NCBI GenBank assembly: GCA_045047305.1
Contig: JASFYO010000048.1
Span: 1 to 10,763 of the forward strand
Direction: 5' to 3'
Length of the DNA: 10,763 nt
DNA from: Planctomycetota bacterium
GTDB taxonomy: Bacteria; Planctomycetota; UBA1135
Within the stretch, counting starts at the first letter, position 1; each line of letters starts with the position of its first letter. The notes under the pieces were generated by a model. It was not told the origin of the DNA. It worked only from the letters and a program-made list of their open reading frames with translations, and searched no databases. This document shows positions 6,898 to 10,763 of the stretch, piece by piece. Position numbers and translations under genes: made by a program.

Positions 6898-9285
6898 ATG
6901 ACGCAAGGTGATATTTTGACCTACGCGTTGCAATTTTGCGCCGCAGTCAGCCTTTTCTGTTTAGCTCTCCAATTATGGCGGCAGAAAAAGGCCAAGGGGA
7001 AAGTCCATCAACTCATTCAAGAGCTTGAAGAAGGTCGCCGTAGTTACCACCTTCTAAAGTACCGCGCCGAATCGAACCGGATGCTGATGGAGATTTCCAA
7101 TCTCTTCATTCACGTTTCGGAAGAGGAACTCGATGACTCCATTACCGAGTCCCTTGGTGTGCTAGGTAAGTTCCTCAAAGCGGACCGCGCCTTTGCCTAT
7201 CTGTTCGCGGATAACCATAAGAGTTTCTCCAAAACGCATGGCTGGGCAAAAAAAGGTATCCGCTTAGAGATGGATTCACTGCAAGACTTGCCGATGCGGG
7301 ACTACGCCTGGTTTACCGACCGCATCTTGCGACGGCAGCAAGTTCAGATTCCAAAAACCAGTGCCATCCCAAACGAGGGCAAGCTACTTCGCGATGCTCT
7401 GGTGAAAGAAAAAGTGCAATCCATGATTGCGGTGCCGATGATTAGCCGCGGCACGGTACTAGGGTTTATGGGGCTTGATTCTGTCACCAAGGCACGAACT
7501 TGGCTGGAAGATGAATCCGCAGCCTTACGCGTAGTGGCAGAAATCGCAGCCTCGGAATTCTCCCACCGCGATTCAGAGCAAGAGGCGCGCTCCAACCGGG
7601 GACAATTTGAAACTCTTATTGCCTATGCCCCCGTCGCGATGTTCGTATTTGACCCACGCGGCCGCATTCTCTTTGCGGAAGGTCGAGCGCTCGCCCGTGC
7701 AGGAGTGATTGCCGGTCAACTGGTTGGAAAGTCTGGTTTCGACCTCCTTTCTAAATCTCCAGAAATGTTGCTAAGCCTCGAGCGTGGTATTTCCGGGCAA
7801 GATTTTCGCTCTGAAATCCGCCTTGGAGATCGCGTTTTTGACGGGCAGTTCACCCCAGTCTTGGGTAAAGGGGACAGCATTGAACAGCTCATCGTCATTG
7901 CTACCGATGTCACTGACCGCTCAACGGCAGAGGACCGGCTTTCGAGAGAAAAGCTTTACGACAAGGTCACGCAAATGCCCAACCGGACTCTCTTTCTCGA
8001 TCGGGTGCAGCAGTATTTAGACCGGCAGCAGCATGGTATGACCGGATCCGGCGCAATCCTATTCCTCGACCTCGATCGCTTCGTCAATCTTCACGATGCA
8101 TTAGGACTGGAATCCGCGAATCATTTCCTTGCCCAAGTCGCTGGCCGTTTGCGCGAATTTTTCGCCCCCACCACTTTGATGGCGCGAGTGGGAACCAACG
8201 AGTTTGCAGTTTTAGTAGAGAATACTCCAGATGAAAAAAAGGCCCGAAGCCTGGCCGCAGAGGTGCAATCCAACCTCCGCGATGGTTTTCTGGTAGATGA
8301 ACGCCGCATCGCTGCGACCGCAAGTATTGGTATCGCGTTGTCTTCGGTACGCCATAAATCACCTGCCGACTGGTTGCGAGAAGGACATACCGCCATGGTT
8401 TCCGCAAAACAACTTGGTGGCGCCACCGAGGTTGTCTTTGCACCGGTCATGCATACACGCATTCTGTCGAGTTGGAAATTAGAAGAGGAGCTCAACGATG
8501 CTGTGCGCCAAGAAGCAATTGAGGCTTGGCTACAACCTATCGTCGATTTGAACGATGGCAGTCCCGTTGGCTTTGAAGCCTTGGCTCGTTGGAATCATCC
8601 CGAAGGCGGCATGATTCCTCCAGCGCATTTCATTCCTATTGCCGAAGAAAATGGGCTGATTGTTTCCATCGGGTGGCTCATGCTTCATCAAGCCTGCAAA
8701 CAACTTAGGGCGTGCCATGATTTACATCCTCGTTGGAAGGACCTATTTGTCAGTGTCAATCTTTCGGTGCAACAGCTTCGTGATCCAAGCATGCTGGAGC
8801 GCACCTTACGGATTCTGACTCGCTATGGCCTTAGGCCAAGGCACCTACACCTGGAAGTGACTGAACGCGAGGCACTGAATACATCGGAAGAGGTCATTCC
8901 ACTGCTCGAGAGCATTCACCGTAGTGGTATCAGCCTAAGCCTTGATGATTTTGGAACTGGATACAACTCGCTCAACTATCTCAATAGCCTGCCAGTTGGC
9001 CTTATCAAGATTGACCGCTCCTTCGTGGTCAATATGAGTCGCAGCCACACCGGTCATAAAGTGATTTCAACCATCCTTCTCTTGGCCCATGGACTAGAGC
9101 TCGACACCATCGCGGAAGGCATTGAAACCAAGGAACAACTGCAGGAGTTGTTCGACCTTGGGTGTCGATTGGGCCAAGGATTTTTATTCGCCAAGGCCCT
9201 CGAACCCTCCCTGCTGGCCGATTACCTAGAGAATGGTCATCGCCTAGGTGCTGCCACCATCGGCTCGAAGTACCCAGTGAAGTGA
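6898..9285 (+). CDS. Membrane-anchored GAF-PAS-GGDEF(degenerate)-EAL protein; probable c-di-GMP phosphodiesterase, 795 aa
   Basis: N-terminal hydrophobic helix (ILTYALQFCAAVSLFCLALQLW) followed by a basic stretch. GAF signatures ADRAFAY...SMIAVPM...GFMGLD. PAS region ending in DVTDR. GGDEF domain (DKVTQMPNR, FLDLDRF, ASIGIA) with GTNEF at 8191-8205. EAL domain with EAL (8575-8583), VNLS, LEVTE, DDFGTGY, IKIDRSF, AEGIE and QGFLF. Confidence 0.95.
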   Translation: MTQGDILTYALQFCAAVSLFCLALQLWRQKKAKGKVHQLIQELEEGRRSYHLLKYRAESNRMLMEISNLFIHVSEEELDDSITESLGVLGKFLKADRAFAYLFADNHKSFSKTHGWAKKGIRLEMDSLQDLPMRDYAWFTDRILRRQQVQIPKTSAIPNEGKLLRDALVKEKVQSMIAVPMISRGTVLGFMGLDSVTKARTWLEDESAALRVVAEIAASEFSHRDSEQEARSNRGQFETLIAYAPVAMFVFDPRGRILFAEGRALARAGVIAGQLVGKSGFDLLSKSPEMLLSLERGISGQDFRSEIRLGDRVFDGQFTPVLGKGDSIEQLIVIATDVTDRSTAEDRLSREKLYDKVTQMPNRTLFLDRVQQYLDRQQHGMTGSGAILFLDLDRFVNLHDALGLESANHFLAQVAGRLREFFAPTTLMARVGTNEFAVLVENTPDEKKARSLAAEVQSNLRDGFLVDERRIAATASIGIALSSVRHKSPADWLREGHTAMVSAKQLGGATEVVFAPVMHTRILSSWKLEEELNDAVRQEAIEAWLQPIVDLNDGSPVGFEALARWNHPEGGMIPPAHFIPIAEENGLIVSIGWLMLHQACKQLRACHDLHPRWKDLFVSVNLSVQQLRDPSMLERTLRILTRYGLRPRHLHLEVTEREALNTSEEVIPLLESIHRSGISLSLDDFGTGYNSLNYLNSLPVGLIKIDRSFVVNMSRSHTGHKVISTILLLAHGLELDTIAEGIETKEQLQELFDLGCRLGQGFLFAKALEPSLLADYLENGHRLGAATIGSKYPVK

Positions 9286-9743
9286 ATCCTGCGCAGCAAG
9301 TCGGTCTTCTCTACCGAGCGGTAGTTCAGCCACATTTCTTGCCCTTGACTAAAAGACACGCCAGTTTGCCATTGCAGAGGCAAACGCAACTCTCGAATGG
9401 GCGAGTCGAAGACAACCAAACGATTACTGCCATGTTGGCATTCCAACCATACGCGGTCCTCGTCGTTTACAGCTAAATACTGCTCCGCGCGCGAGAGGAA
9501 CCACATGTCGGTTAGGACAAAGCGATAGCCCTTGGGAACGCGAAGCAACATGCGGGGAGTATCGTCATCAACATTCACACTATTCCAGTAAGGCTCATGG
9601 GCAAGCCCAAGTAATTCTAGAGAATCTTGCTGGGTCGGCACATTGACCGAAGCCAGCGCTTGGTTGTGTTCAGAGAGCAAAACGCCAACGAGGCCGCCGA
9701 CGATTAGAAGTGGAAGGAATGGGAGTATTCTCATGCGTGTCAC
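9237..9743 (-). CDS. Hypothetical exported or membrane-anchored protein (about 165-168 aa), probably a beta-sandwich
   Basis: Fills the gap between two clear genes. The N-terminus looks like a signal peptide (MRILPFLPLLIVGGLVGVLL...QALA). Alternating beta-strand patterns VPKGYRFVLTD, TGVSF, IHFTGYF. The start is either GTG 9743 (7 nt after a TAAACT) or ATG 9734. The stop is TGA at 9239-9237. Confidence 0.75.
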   Translation of the reverse strand: MTRMRILPFLPLLIVGGLVGVLLSEHNQALASVNVPTQQDSLELLGLAHEPYWNSVNVDDDTPRMLLRVPKGYRFVLTDMWFLSRAEQYLAVNDEDRVWLECQHGSNRLVVFDSPIRELRLPLQWQTGVSFSQGQEMWLNYRSVEKTDLLRRIHFTGYFEPMVAAPRR

Positions 9744-9784
9744 CAACTCGAGTTTAGGGTGGGCGTTGCTACCCTGGGACGCGA
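9744..9784. promoter_or_regulatory. Compact divergent promoter region with back-to-back -10-like elements
   Basis: Plus strand TGc-TACCCT (9767-9775) ends 9 nt before ATG 9785. Minus strand TAAACT (9756-9751) ends 7 nt before GTG 9743. The genes are divergent, so promoters should lie here or nearby. Confidence 0.5.
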
Positions 9785-10763
9785 ATGGAACACATTCTCG
9801 TCCTCAATCTGGTTGGATTAACCCCTAAGCTCTTACATTCCGGCAAGATGCCGGCGTTAGAGGCTTATGCGGCGGCGGAAACGGAGCGCACCATGACGCC
9901 CCCGCTGCCTGCTGTCACCTGCACGGCGCAAGCCGACATGCTGATGGGGGTTTCTGCAAGCCAGCATGGCGCCGTCGGTAACGGTTGGTATTTCAAAGAC
10001 TTAGCCGAGGTTTGGTCATGGCGCCAATCTTGCCATTTGATTGATGGCGGCGGCAGTTTGGACTCAATCTTTGACCGCTGGAAAAAGAAGTATCCTCAGT
10101 CCACCACCGCACAGATTTTTTGGTGGTGGAACCTACCTGGTTTCGCTGACTTTTGCGTGACTCCGCGTCCGACCTATTACGCCGACGGCCGTAAGGGCCC
10201 CGATTTCCATACCTCGCCCCCACAACTGCACGATGAACTGCAGGAAACTTTGGGCGACTTCCCACTCTTCCAATTTTGGGGGCCGGGTGCGGGCATTGCC
10301 AGCACCCGATGGATTGCCGCAGCCACTTGCCACATTTTGCAGAAGCACAAACCAGGTCTCGCTTTGGCTTACCTGCCACATCTGGACTATGACCTGCAAC
10401 GCTTCGGCCCCGACTCCGCGCAAGCACTCACGGCCGCTGAAGATTTAGACCATGAGTTTGATCGTTTGCATCAGGCGGCAAGCGCACTTGGCTACCGCGT
10501 GGTCGTGGTCAGCGAATATGGTATTGAAAAAGTCCGTAAAGCTGTATTGCCTAACCGAGCCTTGCGTGAGGCGGGACTCCTTCAAATCCATGCAGCACGA
10601 AATGGTTCGTTATTAGACCCAGGCAATTGCAAAGCCTTCTGCGTTTGCGATCATCAAATCGCGCATGTGTACGTGGCCAATGACGAAGACCTTGCGCCAA
10701 CGAAAAAGGTACTCGCCAAACTCGATGGCATCGAACGTATTCTCGAATCCTCTGAGCTGGCAA
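9785..10763 (+). CDS. eboF: EboF-like alkaline phosphatase superfamily / nucleotide pyrophosphatase-phosphodiesterase protein; 3'-truncated (326 codons in window)
   Basis: Not in the ORF track because it runs off the window. Hand translation from ATG 9785 has no stop: MEHILVLNLVGLTPKLL...PPLPAVTCTAQADML...HGAVGNGWYFKDLAEVWSWRQS...IFWWWN...VTPRPTYYADGRKGPD...GDFPLFQFWGP...YLPHLDYDLQRFGP...VVSEYGI...NRALREAG...CDHQIAHVYV. These match motifs I recall for the EboF family. The putative nucleophile is Thr45 (9917-9919). Confidence 0.88.
   Translation, partial: MEHILVLNLVGLTPKLLHSGKMPALEAYAAAETERTMTPPLPAVTCTAQADMLMGVSASQHGAVGNGWYFKDLAEVWSWRQSCHLIDGGGSLDSIFDRWKKKYPQSTTAQIFWWWNLPGFADFCVTPRPTYYADGRKGPDFHTSPPQLHDELQETLGDFPLFQFWGPGAGIASTRWIAAATCHILQKHKPGLALAYLPHLDYDLQRFGPDSAQALTAAEDLDHEFDRLHQAASALGYRVVVVSEYGIEKVRKAVLPNRALREAGLLQIHAARNGSLLDPGNCKAFCVCDHQIAHVYVANDEDLAPTKKVLAKLDGIERILESSELA

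Noticed and set aside
6898..9285. Active diguanylate cyclase
   Set aside because: The A-site is GTNEF and the guanine-binding ND motif is altered.
9993..10763. Track ORFs at 9993-10427(-), 10133-10423(-), 10233-10448(+) and 10551-10763(-)
   Set aside because: All lie inside the continuous EboF-like frame starting at 9785, which has far stronger family motifs.
1..10763. CRISPR array, tRNA/rRNA, IS or prophage, defence system, nucleotide-level tandem repeats
   Set aside because: The window is almost fully coding with gaps under 60 nt. I saw no repeat-spacer periodicity, transposase/integrase motifs or obvious compositional break by eye.

Overview
Gene-dense bacterial chromosomal segment with no RNA genes, mobile elements or CRISPR arrays visible. 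The gene content loosely suggests a Planctomycetota-like or myxobacterium-like organism, which is an inference only. In order: (1) a 5'-truncated large protein built from about 9 tandem carboxypeptidase-regulatory-like beta-sandwich modules; (2) a three-gene biotin-dependent carboxylase cluster, made of a stand-alone biotin carboxylase, a full-length carboxyltransferase whose motifs look closer to glutaconyl-CoA decarboxylase alpha (GcdA) than to AccA/AccD or PccB, and an unusual biotin carrier with two tandem biotinyl-like domains of which only one keeps the MK lysine; (3) a translationally coupled Nudix hydrolase; (4) a membrane-anchored GAF-PAS-degenerate GGDEF-EAL protein, probably a c-di-GMP phosphodiesterase; (5) a convergent, overlapping secreted hypothetical protein on the minus strand; (6) a divergently oriented, 3'-truncated EboF-like alkaline-phosphatase-superfamily gene that is missing from the supplied ORF track. 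Five start codons have a TAnnnT hexamer 6-9 nt upstream and no clear Shine-Dalgarno, which suggests leaderless transcription. All family assignments come from recalled motifs, not database searches.
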